From Nitrospirota bacterium (lineage in GTDB: Bacteria; Nitrospirota; UBA9217), in assembly GCA_963840455.1 (NCBI GenBank), contig CAWIYV010000011.1:288001-352000 (forward strand): DNA of 64,000 nt, read 5' to 3'. How positions within the stretch are numbered: the stretch's first letter is position 1; each line of letters begins with the position of its first letter. Below the pieces are notes generated by a model. That model did no database searches and had not been told where the DNA came from. It saw only the letters and a program-made list of their open reading frames with translations. Positions 28,172-39,184 of the stretch are shown here, in pieces. The translations under genes and the position numbers were made by a program.

Positions 28172-29905
28172 CTAGAATTCCTCGAACTCCGCATCCCTGC
28201 TGTCGCCGTTCTTCCCCTTCTTGCCGTTGCCTCCCCCATGCGTTCCCAGGTCAAGGTGCACACCCGCGGTCCTGCTTCCCGCGTGGGCATAGGCCATTTC
28301 GGGCCGCGGCTGACACGGACGGGCGGTCTGCACGTGGTCAAGCGCCTTGACCTTTGTCGGTGATGACGGCAGCTCAGGACCGGTGGTCCCGCCGTTCCCG
28401 TTGATCTTGAAGAAGGAAATGGTCTTGAGCAGCACATCGGCCTGTGAAGAAAGTTCCTGGGACGTGGAGGATATCTCCTCGGCGGCCCCGGCGTTCTGCT
28501 GGATCACGTGGTTCAGCTGCTGGATCGACGAGTTGATCTGGTCCGTGCCTGAGGCCTGCTCCTTGGAGGCAGCGGTGATCTCCTGCACCAGCTCCGCGGT
28601 CTTCTGGATGTCGGGCACCAGCTTCATGAGCATCGTTCCGGCGCGCTCGGCGACGTCCACGCTCGAGCCGGAAAGATGGCCGATCTCCACGGCCGCCGTG
28701 TGGCTCCGCTCAGCGAGCTTCCGCACCTCGGCGGCCACCACGGCGAAGCCCCTGCCGTGCTCGCCTGCCCGGGCCGCTTCGATGGCGGCGTTCAGGGCAA
28801 GCAGGTTCGTCTGGCGCGCGATCTCCTCGATGATCGTGATCTTCTCGGCGATGTTCTTCATGGCGTGGACCGCCTCGGCGACCGCCTTGCCGCTCTCCAA
28901 TGCGTCCGCCGCCGATTTAAGGGCGATCTTCTCGGTCATCATGGCGTTGTCCGCGTTCTGCTTGATCGTTGCGTGCATCTCCTCGACCGACGACGAGGCC
29001 TCCTCGGCCGACGCCGCCTGCTCCGTGGTCCGCTGCGAGACCATTTCGGCGCCATGGGACAGCCGGACGCTGCCTTCCGCCACGGTTCCAGCCGCGGCCT
29101 TCACGCCGGCCACGATGCCCTGCATCCTGCCCACCATGTTCTTCATGGCCAGAAGCACCTGCCCGGTCTCATCGCGGTTCTGCACCTCGATGTTCACCGT
29201 CAGGTCTCCCTCTGCCAGGCTGTTGGACACCCGCACAGCCTCATTCAGCGCGCGGATCGTGTTCTTCGTGATCATCATGCTGACGAGAAGGATCACAGCC
29301 ACAATAGCGGCCGTGACCACGATATACTTTGCCGCCTCCTTCATGAACACGGCATGGACGTCGTCGAGGTAGATGCCGGAGCCGATGATCCAGCCCCAGG
29401 GAGCGAAGCCCTTTACGTAGGAGATCTTCGGAACCGGGTCCTTGAAGTTCGGCTTCGGCCAGAGATAATCTACGAATCCGGCGCCGTTCGCCTTCACCAT
29501 GTCCACGAAGACGATGAAAAGCCGTTTGCCGTTGGCGTCCTTATAATCGGACAGGTCCTTGCCGTCGAGCTCGCTCTTGTAGGGGTCCATGATCATAATG
29601 CGATCCATGTCGTTGATCCAGAAATATTCCTTCTCCCCGTAGCGAAGCTTTTTGACCAGTTCGACGACCGCGTACTGCGCCTCCGCTGTCGTCATTGTGC
29701 CTTGCTTCGCAAGGCCTTCGTAATGCTCGAGAATGCCGTAGACCGACTCGACCACATTCTTGGTCTTCACCTTCCGGTCCTCGAAGAGCTCCCTCTTCAT
29801 CGTGAAGAGTGAGAGCATGATGACCGCAGCGATGCCCACCAGCATCAGCCCGATAATGAAGAGTATCTTTGTTCTGAACTTCCTGCCCTTCTGGATTAGC
29901 TTCAT
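28172..29905 (-). CDS. Methyl-accepting chemotaxis protein (sCache_2 sensor, HAMP)
   Basis: 2 TM segments, [43 protein letters not shown]. Confidence 0.95.
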   Translation of the reverse strand: MKLIQKGRKFRTKILFIIGLMLVGIAAVIMLSLFTMKRELFEDRKVKTKNVVESVYGILEHYEGLAKQGTMTTAEAQYAVVELVKKLRYGEKEYFWINDMDRIMIMDPYKSELDGKDLSDYKDANGKRLFIVFVDMVKANGAGFVDYLWPKPNFKDPVPKISYVKGFAPWGWIIGSGIYLDDVHAVFMKEAAKYIVVTAAIVAVILLVSMMITKNTIRALNEAVRVSNSLAEGDLTVNIEVQNRDETGQVLLAMKNMVGRMQGIVAGVKAAAGTVAEGSVRLSHGAEMVSQRTTEQAASAEEASSSVEEMHATIKQNADNAMMTEKIALKSAADALESGKAVAEAVHAMKNIAEKITIIEEIARQTNLLALNAAIEAARAGEHGRGFAVVAAEVRKLAERSHTAAVEIGHLSGSSVDVAERAGTMLMKLVPDIQKTAELVQEITAASKEQASGTDQINSSIQQLNHVIQQNAGAAEEISSTSQELSSQADVLLKTISFFKINGNGGTTGPELPSSPTKVKALDHVQTARPCQPRPEMAYAHAGSRTAGVHLDLGTHGGGNGKKGKNGDSRDAEFEEF

Positions 29906-29963
29906 AGCTGCCTCCCGGTAACTTCGGGCAACGCCGGCAAATGCGCGACGGCGCGAGGATCGA

Positions 29964-30479
29964 TCACGTGCTCTGCTGCGGGGCCATCTCGGCGTTCTTG
30001 CGGAGCTCCTGAACCAGGTCGATCTCGTCAGAGGAGAACACGCGGTCAATATCGAGGATGATGTTGAACCGGTCGTTCTGACGGCCCATCCCCTTGATGA
30101 ACCCGGTATCGAGCTTCGTCCCGATGCGGGGTGCCGGCTTGATGCTCTCTTGATCGAGCTCGAGCACTTCCTGCACCGAGTCAGCGAGCAGGCCCAGCAC
30201 CGCCGGTTCATCGTTGACGATCGCCTCAACGATGATGATGCAGGTGCTCACGGTCACGCCCGCAGCAGGCATCCCGAACTTGAGCCGCAGGTCCACGACC
30301 GGGACCACGCTCCCCCGGAGATTGATCACACCCTGCAGGTATTCCGGCATGCGCGGCACCCGGGTGATGACCGTGTAATCCAGCACCTCGCGCACCTTGC
30401 TGATCTCCAGGGAGAATACCTCCTCCCCGAGCAGGAAGGCCAGGTACTGGGTCAATGCATGGACTGTCGGTGCGTTCAT
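29964..30479 (-). CDS. cheW: Chemotaxis coupling protein CheW
   Basis: [31 protein letters not shown]. Confidence 0.93.
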   Translation of the reverse strand: MNAPTVHALTQYLAFLLGEEVFSLEISKVREVLDYTVITRVPRMPEYLQGVINLRGSVVPVVDLRLKFGMPAAGVTVSTCIIIVEAIVNDEPAVLGLLADSVQEVLELDQESIKPAPRIGTKLDTGFIKGMGRQNDRFNIILDIDRVFSSDEIDLVQELRKNAEMAPQQST

Positions 30480-30503
30480 CGAGATCTCCCTTTGCTGCGG
30501 CGC

Positions 30504-31292
30504 TCAGCCCACCGCTCTCATGCCCGCCGCAGCGCATCCTGCCGCCAGCCACTGACCGGCTGGCCGTGGACGGCCGAGATAGTATCCCTGGGACATGGGG
30601 ACGCTCAGCGCCTTCATGGTCGCGAACTCCCCTGCCGTTTCGATCCCTTCGGCTATAAGCCGGGCGCCCATGCGCTCGGCCATGCGCGCCATGCTGTCCA
30701 CCAGAAGCTGCTTCCGTGGATTCCGGTCGATGTCCTGCACGAAGATCCGGTCCATCTTCAGGAACTCGGGCTCCAGGCAGAGCAGATGATAGAGATAGGG
30801 GGACCGGACGCCGATGTCATCGAGCGCAACGCGGATGCCGGCCTGCTGCAAGCGACGGATGCACCGTACCAGGTCCTCGGTCATCGCGTAGTTTGTTGTT
30901 TCCGACACCTCGAAGACGATGCGGCCGGGATCGATCCTCAGCATGCCCAGCAAGCCGGTGAACTCGCCGAGCAGTGTGGTCAGCTGGATGAGCGTCGAGC
31001 CCAGGATATTGATGAAGAGCAGGGCGTCGTTCGGAAGGTTCCTGCCGGTCCTGACCGCCGAGTCGATGCAGGCGCGGTCCAGTTTGAGGCGGACGTTCTC
31101 CGGGAGATAACCCACCTCGTTGAAGAGACGGCCGGGATCCGCCAGCGGCGTGTCCTCCGGGCCCCGGAGCAGCGACTCATAGCCGATGGCCTGCCCCGAA
31201 CCCGTATCGACGATGGGCTGGAACGCCGTTGAGTAGAATCCCCGGAGCATGAGGCTGTCGATGCTGCCGATAAGATCGTCAGGCGTTCTCAT
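30504..31292 (-). CDS. Stand-alone EAL-domain protein
   Basis: FQPIV, ESLLR, FIN, EVSE, ALDDIG, LKMD, AEGIE, QGY. Confidence 0.88.
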   Translation of the reverse strand: MRTPDDLIGSIDSLMLRGFYSTAFQPIVDTGSGQAIGYESLLRGPEDTPLADPGRLFNEVGYLPENVRLKLDRACIDSAVRTGRNLPNDALLFINILGSTLIQLTTLLGEFTGLLGMLRIDPGRIVFEVSETTNYAMTEDLVRCIRRLQQAGIRVALDDIGVRSPYLYHLLCLEPEFLKMDRIFVQDIDRNPRKQLLVDSMARMAERMGARLIAEGIETAGEFATMKALSVPMSQGYYLGRPRPAGQWLAAGCAAAGMRAVG

Positions 31293-31665
31293 GGTCCATC
31301 ACTCCCAGCGCGCTCAGGGCCACAGACAGGGTCTTGTACGAAACCGGCTTCTCGAAATAGTAATCCGCCTGAAGGTGATAGGCCTCCTTCATGACATCGG
31401 GGCCGCCGAATCCGGTCATGATGATGACCTTGGTGTTGCCGTCGCGTCCCTTGATGAAATCCAGGATCGCCAGGCCTTCACGGGACAGGATGCCGCCGAG
31501 GCGGATGTCGGCGATCACCGCGTCATAATCGGCGGCCTTCAGGAGTTCGATCGCCTGCTCGTAGGTCTCGGCAGTATCCACCCGGACCCCTGGTCCATGC
31601 AGCATCTTTCTCATGGGAAGCAGAAATGCGACCTCGTCGTCGACAAGCAGGATGTTCCTATTCAT
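31279..31665 (-). CDS. Single-domain response regulator
   Basis: LVDDE, IADIRL, MTG, EKP. Confidence 0.88.
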   Translation of the reverse strand: MNRNILLVDDEVAFLLPMRKMLHGPGVRVDTAETYEQAIELLKAADYDAVIADIRLGGILSREGLAILDFIKGRDGNTKVIIMTGFGGPDVMKEAYHLQADYYFEKPVSYKTLSVALSALGVMDHENA

Positions 31666-31707
31666 GGAAACCCCTCCCTTTGAACACGCACTCATGATCA
31701 TCATAAG

Positions 31708-31723
31708 AGCAAGGTGCGTGCCA
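31708..31723 (-). promoter_or_regulatory. sigma54 promoter of the RR-EAL-cheW-MCP operon
   Basis: TGGCAC-GCACC-TTGCT on the minus strand. Confidence 0.85.
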
Positions 31724-31786
31724 TGTGAAGAGAAGGGCTTGAACCGTTATTATTCAATAAGTTATGGTTGGATGGCTCGGGAGGAA

Positions 31787-31826
31787 GTCTCACCGGTGAA
31801 ACAGGGGGCAGTCTCACGCGTGAGAT
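31787..31826. promoter_or_regulatory. Tandem palindromic enhancer (candidate activator binding sites)
   Basis: GTCTCACCGGTGAAAC and GTCTCACGCGTGAGAT upstream of the sigma54 site. Confidence 0.6.
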
Positions 31827-32036
31827 AGTGTTTGCATGCCAGCGGGAGTGGAGAGTATGGTCATGGAACGGAAGGCCGGCGACGATGAGACAACATGCGA
31901 TCTGAAACAAAAAAAACGTATTTTATCGAGAAGGTGGGAAGCGCTTCAACCATCATCCCCGAACGCTTCTATCGGGGGGCCAAATAGGACCAAGACATCA
32001 CAGCTCCCTCTTGCACCGTTCACTGCCCTCTTTCGC

Positions 32037-33359
32037 CTACCCGCCTTCCCGCAGCTCCTTCAGCTTCCGGTAGAGGGTCGCGCGGGAGACCTCGAGCGCA
32101 TCGGCGACCTTCTTCATGTCGCCGCCCGATTCGCTGATGAGGGTCTGGAGATATTCCTTCTCGAGGTCCTTCAGGCCCTTCGGCCGCTTCTGGCCGCCGG
32201 ACTCGCCGGCGCCGATCCCCGGGAAGTGCTCCAGTGCCAGCGCTCCGCCGCGGGCGAGCAGCACGGCCCGCTCCATCACGTTTTTTAGCTCGCGTACGTT
32301 CCCGGGCCATGCATAGGACCGCAGCAGGTCCATCACCTCGGCAGGGACCTGTTCTGCCGTGTATCCCGAACGCGACAGGAAGTGTTCAACGAGCTCGGCG
32401 ATATCTGCGGGCCGCTCACGGAGCGGCAGCAGAAGGATCGGGAACAGGTTGATGCGGAAGAAAAGGTCGTTCCGGAACCGCCCCTTCTTCACCTCGTCGG
32501 CAAGATCGCGGTTCGTGGCGCATATGAGACGGAAATCGCTCTGCCGGCTGTGGGTCTCGCCAAGCCGCCGGTAGGTCTTCTCCTCGATGACCTTGAGGAG
32601 CTGGGCCTGCACCGGCAGGTCCATGTCGCCGATCTCATCGAGGAACAGGGTCCCTCCGTCGGCGACCTCGATCAGGCCCTGTTTATTCTGGTGCGCTGAC
32701 GTGAAGGCCCCTTTGGTGTGGCCGAAGAGTTCGCTGGCAAGAAGGTCGCCCTGCAGCGTGGAACAGTTGAGATCGAGCAGCGGCCCTGTCTTCCGTGTGC
32801 TGTGCCCGTGGATCCAGCGCGCGCAGACGCCTTTGCCGGTCCCGGTCTCGCCCTGCAGGATCACGGGAGAGTCATTCTCCGCCATGAGGGCCAGGGCCTC
32901 CCTGACCTTGGCCATGGCGGGGCTCCGGCCGAAGCAGGGCTCTTCGTCCTGCTTTTTCAGACGCTGCGTCAGCCGGTCGGACCGTCGGAGCGCAGAGAGC
33001 TCAAGGCTCTTGCGCAGGAACACATGGAGCCCGTCCATGTCCACGGGCTTCACCAGGAAGTTGTCTGCTCCGAGCCGCATGGCCTCCACGGCCGTGGGAA
33101 CGTCGCCCTGGCCGGTGATGACGATGATGGCGATCTCGGGCTGCTCCTCGCGGAGCGACCGGATCCACTCGAGGCCGTTCCCGTCGGGGAGGTTCAGGTC
33201 CAGAAGGATCGCGTCGAACCGGCGGGACATCACCGACCTGCGCGCCTCGGCCAGCGTTCCGGCCTCGGCGGTCTCATACCCGGCCTTCGCGAAGTACCGG
33301 GCATAGCCGAACAGCACTGCCGGTTCGTCATCCACCATCAGGAGGGTCTTTGCAGTCAT
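32037..33359 (-). CDS. NtrC-family sigma54 response regulator
   Basis: VDDE, LLDLNLP, GETGTGK, GAFTSA variant, WPGNVREL, HTH. Confidence 0.94.
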   Translation of the reverse strand: MTAKTLLMVDDEPAVLFGYARYFAKAGYETAEAGTLAEARRSVMSRRFDAILLDLNLPDGNGLEWIRSLREEQPEIAIIVITGQGDVPTAVEAMRLGADNFLVKPVDMDGLHVFLRKSLELSALRRSDRLTQRLKKQDEEPCFGRSPAMAKVREALALMAENDSPVILQGETGTGKGVCARWIHGHSTRKTGPLLDLNCSTLQGDLLASELFGHTKGAFTSAHQNKQGLIEVADGGTLFLDEIGDMDLPVQAQLLKVIEEKTYRRLGETHSRQSDFRLICATNRDLADEVKKGRFRNDLFFRINLFPILLLPLRERPADIAELVEHFLSRSGYTAEQVPAEVMDLLRSYAWPGNVRELKNVMERAVLLARGGALALEHFPGIGAGESGGQKRPKGLKDLEKEYLQTLISESGGDMKKVADALEVSRATLYRKLKELREGG

Positions 33360-36300
33360 CGTATCTCCTCCGGGACCGGCAGCACAACTGAGACCGTGCA
33401 CCCCGGCTGCGGGTCGTTGTTGGCGAGGCTGATGGTCCCGCCGTGCTTCTCGATGATGTGCTTCACGATGCTGAGGCCCAGGCCGGTGCCGCCCCGGCGC
33501 GTGGTGAAAAAGGCGTCGAAGACGCGCGGCAGGATGTCCGCCGCTATGCCGGCGCCCTGGTCAACCACGCGCACCTCGGCCTTCCCGCCTGCGGGCGGCG
33601 GCACTTCGATGCGGACCGGCGAGCCTTCGGGGCTGTGCTGTGCAGCGTTATCCAGCAGGTTGATGAACACCTGCTGGAGCTTCTTGGCATCGGCAAGGAT
33701 GTAGGTCCCTTCCGCGGGCCCGGCCAGGGATGCCACGACCTCCCGGCCCCTCCCGTGCTTCGACTGCTTCCAGGCGTCCACCGAGATCGCCACGATCTCC
33801 GTCAGGGGCTCTGTGCGCAGCTTCGACTGCTCCACGGGCTTGCCGAGCTCCAGAAGGTCGTTCATGAGCGTCGTCAGCCGGTCCACCTGCGTCCGCATGT
33901 GCATCATGAAGGTCTTGTACTCGGGGTTGTCCCCCACCTCCTGGTCCAGCGCGTCAGTGAGCGCCATGATGGCGTTCAGCGGGTTCCGGACCTCGTGGGC
34001 CACACCGCCTGCCAGGCTCCCGATGACCTCCATCTTCTGGGCCTCCCGGAGCCTCGCTTCCAGCTTCGTCCTCTCCTCCTCGGCCTGCTTGCGTTCGGTG
34101 ATGTCCCGCACCACGTGGATCAGGCCCACCATCTTCCCTCCCGGCTCAACGCGAGGGATGGCGCGGATCTCGAGGTGCCTGCCGAGATGGGGTTCATACA
34201 GTTCGTGGACGCTCGGCTCCCCGGAGAACAGGCTCCGGCAGCTCGGGCAGTTCGCAGGCGGACCGTCGGTGCCGTGGTACAGCCGGTAGCATTTCACCTT
34301 CCCCATCTCGAGCCAGGGGAGGCCGAGGATCTGGGCAGCGGACTTGTTCGACCGGATAATGTTGAAGTTTTCGTCGTGGATCGTGATCATATCGGTGATG
34401 GTGTCGAAGGTGTTCTCCCAGTCCTGCTTCCCCTGCGAGATGGCGTTCTCGATCTTCCTGCGTTCGGTGATGTCCTGCACCATGGACAGCGCGCCGGTGA
34501 CCGTACCATCGGCGGATTGGAGCGGCGTATTGTACCAGCTGCAGAAGATCTTCCTGCCGTCACGGGTCACGTTCTCGTTCTCGCTGTGCGCGGTCGTGTC
34601 CCCCGTAAGGAGACGCTTCCACACACCCGCCACATGGTCGCGGGCCTCCGGCGGCACGATCAATTCATCGGCGTGTTTGCCGATTGCCTCGTGCGCAGAA
34701 TAACCGAAGATCGTCTCCGCCGCGGGGTTCCAGAGCTCGACACTGAAATCCGGGTTCCAGAAGATGAATCCCAGCGGCATCCGGTCAATGAGGAGCTGGA
34801 GCCGCTCGCGGCTCCGGCGCACCTCCTCCTCCGTCCGTTTCCGCTCGGTGATGTCCGTGATGATGCCCCGCAGACCTGCGGGTTTGCCGTTCCGGGTGAC
34901 CAGGGACGACGTAATGATGATGGGGAACCGGCTTCCGTCCTTGCATATCGCCTGGTACTCGTTCGAGCCGGTCTGTTCGCCCCGGAAGATCCGCTGGATG
35001 ACGTCGAGTGCCCGCTCACGGTCGTCAGGCGCGATCATATGCAGGGCGTGCAGGCCGCCAGCCAGGTCTTCGTGGCCGTAGCCGAACCGCTCGAAGCCGC
35101 TGCGGTTCACGAACGTCAGGACCCCGTGCACGTTCGCCTCGAAGACCGGCTGGGGAAGGAGGTCGGCCAGCTCGCGGAACCGTACCTCGCTTTCCCGAAG
35201 CTGGTTCATCCACTGGGCCTGCTGTTCATCGGCGTGTTTACGCTGGGATACGTCGCGAAAAATCCCCATGACGAATTTCCGGCCGCCGCTCTCGAAGACA
35301 TTCGAGCTGATATCTACCCAGACGCGCTTCCCGTCCTTCCGGCAAACAACGCTGTCCGTGGACATCTCTGTCCGCTGCTGCTCGCTCACCTCGTTGAACC
35401 GGCGGCGATACTCCGCTTCCTGTTCGGGCGGGTGAAGCCTGGTCTGGTGCATGCCGATGATCTCGTCCCGGGTCGCGCCCAAGAGCTCGCAGGCCTTCAC
35501 ATTGCAGTCCGTCAGAATGCCGGTCCCTCCGTCGGTGACGAAGATGGCGTCGCTGGCGCTCTCGAAGAGACCGCGGTATTTTTGCTCCGATTCCTGCAAG
35601 GCCTCGATCATGTTCCGCCGGTCCGTGATGTCCTCGGACACGCTGACCAGTCCGAGCGGCTCACCCCGCATGTCGCGCACCGGCACGGAGCTGATGGTCA
35701 CCGGGAACAGCGTGCCGTCGCGCCGGACATTCACTGCCTCCCGCGTGAAAGGGCTGCTCCCGATGAGGTTCCGGGCCATAAGCTCCCGGAGGTTCGGCCC
35801 GCTCCGCTGCATCGGCGGCGCGAGCAGGCGCGCGTCCCTGCCGAGCAGTTCGTCCACGGTGTAGCCGTGCATCTTCGCCTCGGCGGCGTTCATGAAGATG
35901 ACCTTGCCGTCCAGGTCGGCAATGGTGATCCCGAGCGGAAGGGACTGCACGGCGGTCCGGAAGAGCCGGAGCCCGTCCTCCATCCGCCTGCGGCTGCCGA
36001 TCTCCTCTATGACCACGGCAAAATGCCGGATACTGCCCGCGGCATGCCGCACCGGAGAAATCGTCAGGCTGATCCAGACAGGAAAACCGTCCTGTCGGAC
36101 CGCCCGGATCTCGAGGGACCTGGCCAGGGCGCCGCCCATGAGGACCTGCTGCAAGCTGGTCTGAACATCCGCGATGTCCTCGGGATGGGTGATGTCCAGG
36201 AGGGACCTTGCGAGCAGCTCCTTCCTGCTGTAACCGACGATCTCGTAGAGCGTCTCGTTGGCCCGGATCCAGCGGCCGGCGGGGGAGAGGTGTCCGACCC

Positions 36301-36481
36301 CGAGCGTAATAAGGTCGAAGGTCTCGTGGAACAGGGCCTCGAGGTCCCGCGGGGAAACGATCCGCTTTGGCCTCGATGCGGACGCTGGTTTTCTCGCGTC
36401 GACCTTTCGCTTCGACGGGGACGGCGATGCGGTCGTGCCACGCTTCCCCGTTGATGGCTTCTTCTTTTGTTTATCTTTCAT
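33356..36481 (-). CDS. Cytoplasmic multi-PAS sensor histidine kinase
   Basis: About six PAS/PAC repeats (DITERK motifs), AHEVRNPL, NLLDNA, DQGAG, GTGLGL. Confidence 0.93.
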   Translation of the reverse strand: MKDKQKKKPSTGKRGTTASPSPSKRKVDARKPASASRPKRIVSPRDLEALFHETFDLITLGVGHLSPAGRWIRANETLYEIVGYSRKELLARSLLDITHPEDIADVQTSLQQVLMGGALARSLEIRAVRQDGFPVWISLTISPVRHAAGSIRHFAVVIEEIGSRRRMEDGLRLFRTAVQSLPLGITIADLDGKVIFMNAAEAKMHGYTVDELLGRDARLLAPPMQRSGPNLRELMARNLIGSSPFTREAVNVRRDGTLFPVTISSVPVRDMRGEPLGLVSVSEDITDRRNMIEALQESEQKYRGLFESASDAIFVTDGGTGILTDCNVKACELLGATRDEIIGMHQTRLHPPEQEAEYRRRFNEVSEQQRTEMSTDSVVCRKDGKRVWVDISSNVFESGGRKFVMGIFRDVSQRKHADEQQAQWMNQLRESEVRFRELADLLPQPVFEANVHGVLTFVNRSGFERFGYGHEDLAGGLHALHMIAPDDRERALDVIQRIFRGEQTGSNEYQAICKDGSRFPIIITSSLVTRNGKPAGLRGIITDITERKRTEEEVRRSRERLQLLIDRMPLGFIFWNPDFSVELWNPAAETIFGYSAHEAIGKHADELIVPPEARDHVAGVWKRLLTGDTTAHSENENVTRDGRKIFCSWYNTPLQSADGTVTGALSMVQDITERRKIENAISQGKQDWENTFDTITDMITIHDENFNIIRSNKSAAQILGLPWLEMGKVKCYRLYHGTDGPPANCPSCRSLFSGEPSVHELYEPHLGRHLEIRAIPRVEPGGKMVGLIHVVRDITERKQAEEERTKLEARLREAQKMEVIGSLAGGVAHEVRNPLNAIMALTDALDQEVGDNPEYKTFMMHMRTQVDRLTTLMNDLLELGKPVEQSKLRTEPLTEIVAISVDAWKQSKHGRGREVVASLAGPAEGTYILADAKKLQQVFINLLDNAAQHSPEGSPVRIEVPPPAGGKAEVRVVDQGAGIAADILPRVFDAFFTTRRGGTGLGLSIVKHIIEKHGGTISLANNDPQPGCTVSVVLPVPEEIR

Positions 36482-36616
36482 AGATCGAGAAAAAGACGAA
36501 AGGCAATTGGACACTGATAAGCGCGGTTTGGTCAGGTCAAGATTACAAGGATGCAGGGAATGCGCCTGCACCAGGACCTATCCGCCTTGATCCGATGCCC
36601 TTTATTTCTGTTAACC

Positions 36617-37858
36617 TTATAGGAACTCCTCGAAATAATCCAGGTCCTTGTGGAACGTTTCCTCCAGCGACGCCAGCGCGACGAACGCGGCGATCGTGCA
36701 GATGGTCCCGACAGTCAGGGCGCTTCCTTCGAGGCCGAGGTCCGGCTTGAAATACTGGAACAGCAGGGTGATGGGCACGACCATGCCGCGCACGAAGTTG
36801 GGCACTGTGGTAGCGACGGTGGCGCGCAGGTTCGTGCCGAACTGTTCGGCGGCAACCGTCACGAAGATGGCCCAGTAGCCGACGCTGAAGCCGAGCGCGC
36901 AGCACACGCCGTAGAAGAATTCCGGGCTGCGGCTGCCCTGCAGGAAGTAGCAGGCCACTGCCCCGATGGTCAGGAGCATGTAGAGGAAGACCACCTTCTT
37001 CCTGCTCCTCAGCACCTGGCTCAGCAGGCCGCTCGACAGGTCGCCGAAGATGAGACCGAGATAGCAGTACATCACCGCGTTCCCTGCCGAGACCGGCCCG
37101 GTCGTGCCGAAGGACTTCGCGAACTCCGGCGAGAAGGTGATCAGGATTCCGACGACGAACCAGATCGGGACGCCGATCAGGATCGAGTTGAGATAGCGGA
37201 AGAAGCGCTTCCGGTCCGTGAAGAGCGCCAGCATCATGCCCCTGCCCACAGCTGTCTTTTCTTCCATGGCGCGGAACATGCCTGATTCTGCCACGCGCAG
37301 TCGCGTGATAAGCAGGAGCAGTCCGAGGATGCCGCCGATGATGAAGGCGACCCGCCAGTCATAGGCCTTGGCGATCATGTTCGCCAGGATGGCGCCGGAC
37401 ACGCCCACGGACGCCACGAGCATGGTGCCGTAGCCCCGAACGCTCTTGTGCAGCACCTCGGACACGAGCGTGATCCCCGCGCCCAGCTCCCCGGCAAGGC
37501 CGATGCCGGCGATGAAACGCAGGGCGTAGTAGGCTTGGATCGACGAGATCATCCCGTTCGCCATGTTCGCGACGGAGTACAGGAAGATCGAGCCGAACAT
37601 GATCTTGAGCCTGCCCTTCCGATCGCCCAGGATGCCCCAGATGATCCCGCCGACCAGCATGCCCGCCATCTGCATGTTCAGGAGGTCAACTCCGTAGTCG
37701 GTCAGTTCCTTGCCCGAAATACCGAGCGACTTGAGGCTCGGCACCCGCACGATGCTGAAGAGCACCAGGTCGTAGATGTCGACGAAGTAGCCGAGCGCGG
37801 CGACGATGACCGGCAGGCTGAAGACGCGGCGGAAGGTGCTGGCGGGACTGTGGTCCAC
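36617..37858 (-). CDS. MFS transporter
   Basis: About 12 TM segments, GILGDRKGR motif A, EQFGTNLRAT. Confidence 0.92.
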   Translation of the reverse strand: MDHSPASTFRRVFSLPVIVAALGYFVDIYDLVLFSIVRVPSLKSLGISGKELTDYGVDLLNMQMAGMLVGGIIWGILGDRKGRLKIMFGSIFLYSVANMANGMISSIQAYYALRFIAGIGLAGELGAGITLVSEVLHKSVRGYGTMLVASVGVSGAILANMIAKAYDWRVAFIIGGILGLLLLITRLRVAESGMFRAMEEKTAVGRGMMLALFTDRKRFFRYLNSILIGVPIWFVVGILITFSPEFAKSFGTTGPVSAGNAVMYCYLGLIFGDLSSGLLSQVLRSRKKVVFLYMLLTIGAVACYFLQGSRSPEFFYGVCCALGFSVGYWAIFVTVAAEQFGTNLRATVATTVPNFVRGMVVPITLLFQYFKPDLGLEGSALTVGTICTIAAFVALASLEETFHKDLDYFEEFL

Positions 37859-37995
37859 AAAATCTCCTAGGGATAGTCAACTTGCGGCAGGTTTTCGATA
37901 ACTACAGATCCAAGTCTGATCCCCTACAATCTGGCTCCTTTTGGTTCTTTCCAATGCTTATTGTCTCTTTGGTCAGACTTGTTTCTCTTCCCCCT

Positions 37996-38325
37996 TTACT
38001 CCATTGAGTTCAGCAGCTTGTAATACTCCATGAGCGTTCGATAGGATTCCATCGATGCCTGGTACAATATCCAGCTCAGCGCAAGAATCACGATCGTGAG
38101 CCCGATCTTCCATTCCCGCGACGTATTCGGTCGCCACCAGATCAGCGGCAACGCCAGCGGTCCCACACAAAGGACCGCGATGATGATAGAGGACTTCCGG
38201 AAATACCATTTGATGGCGTTTTCCTTCTGCCGCGGGCGGGAGGATGCATCGAGAAACTCGCCGCAGTGCTTGCACTTTATTGCCGCTTCCTGGATCTCTT
38301 CGGCGCAATAAGGACACTTCTTCAT
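37996..38325 (-). CDS. Zinc-ribbon membrane protein
   Basis: KKCPYCAEEIQEAAIKCKHCGE followed by 2 TM segments. Confidence 0.85.
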   Translation of the reverse strand: MKKCPYCAEEIQEAAIKCKHCGEFLDASSRPRQKENAIKWYFRKSSIIIAVLCVGPLALPLIWWRPNTSREWKIGLTIVILALSWILYQASMESYRTLMEYYKLLNSME

Positions 38326-38384
38326 GATTATTCCTTCGACCATCGTTGGAGACGTTATTTGTCACAATGAACTGTTGGGCGGTA

Positions 38385-38434
38385 TTGAAGCTCCCCGCAG
38401 CAGGCTGCGGGAAATGCGCCCGTTCCTGGGTTCA
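38385..38434 (+). mobile_element. Module M4 short copy
   Basis: TTGAAGCTCCCCGCAGCAGGCTGCGGGAAATGCGCCCGTTCCTGGGTTCA. Confidence 0.65.
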
Positions 38435-38444
38435 CCCCCGCATT

Positions 38445-39059
38445 TCAATCGAGTGCGAACGTTCCGGTCCTGAGACTCCCGCCGCGACGGTAGACGCTGA
38501 CAACAACCCCCTTGCTGGTGGTGTTCGATCTCACGAGCGTCAGGGTGGCCGGCATTGCGCCGGCGCCGAAGAGCCGCTTACCGGTCCCAAGGACCACCGG
38601 AAAGGTCAAGAGCCGGTATTCATCGATGAGGTCTTTCTCGATCAGCGTTTGGGCAAGGCCGCAGCTACCGTGAACCTGCACCTCACGTGAAAAGCGCTGC
38701 TTGAGGTCGATCACGTCTTTCACGACATCTCGAACATGTGCGGCTCCACTCCAGCTGAACGTGGTCCGTGTGCGCGAAGCCACGAACTTCGGAAGCGAAT
38801 TCAGTTTGCTGGCAATAAGATCGCCGGGGTCAGTGATCCGTGGCCAATAGGCCGAGAATATGTCGTAGGTCGTCCGCCCCAGAAGGAAGGCGTCAGCCTT
38901 CGAGAAGATCTCGACCATGGTCTTCCCCATATCGGCGTCGGCATGGGGCACGAGCCAGCCGCCATGAGGAAAGTTCCCGCTCCGGTCCTCGCCCGGACCG
39001 CCGGGTGCCTGCATGACCCCATCAACTGTCAGGAAGGTCGTCAAAGTCAGCCCAGCCAT
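38445..39059 (-). CDS. Dihydrofolate reductase/RibD C-terminal-like protein
   Basis: TVDGVMQAPG, LLGRTTY, VHGS, LIDEYRL, VVLGTGKRLF. Confidence 0.9.
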   Translation of the reverse strand: MAGLTLTTFLTVDGVMQAPGGPGEDRSGNFPHGGWLVPHADADMGKTMVEIFSKADAFLLGRTTYDIFSAYWPRITDPGDLIASKLNSLPKFVASRTRTTFSWSGAAHVRDVVKDVIDLKQRFSREVQVHGSCGLAQTLIEKDLIDEYRLLTFPVVLGTGKRLFGAGAMPATLTLVRSNTTSKGVVVSVYRRGGSLRTGTFALD

Positions 39060-39184
39060 GAGATCCTCCGATCCTGGGACCGCCTGGGGTCAGAAATGGG
39101 TATCTAAGATTTGATCAGTTGTCCTCTTGCTTTCGTGGCTTCATCTGTTCATTTCATCTGATCCTTGCCGCTCCGCCCTTTTCG

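Noticed and set aside
33443-36454. Long antisense ORFs (also 282-1295, 4621-6258, 40969-43005)
   Set aside because: Shadow frames of real genes in GC-rich DNA; no motifs
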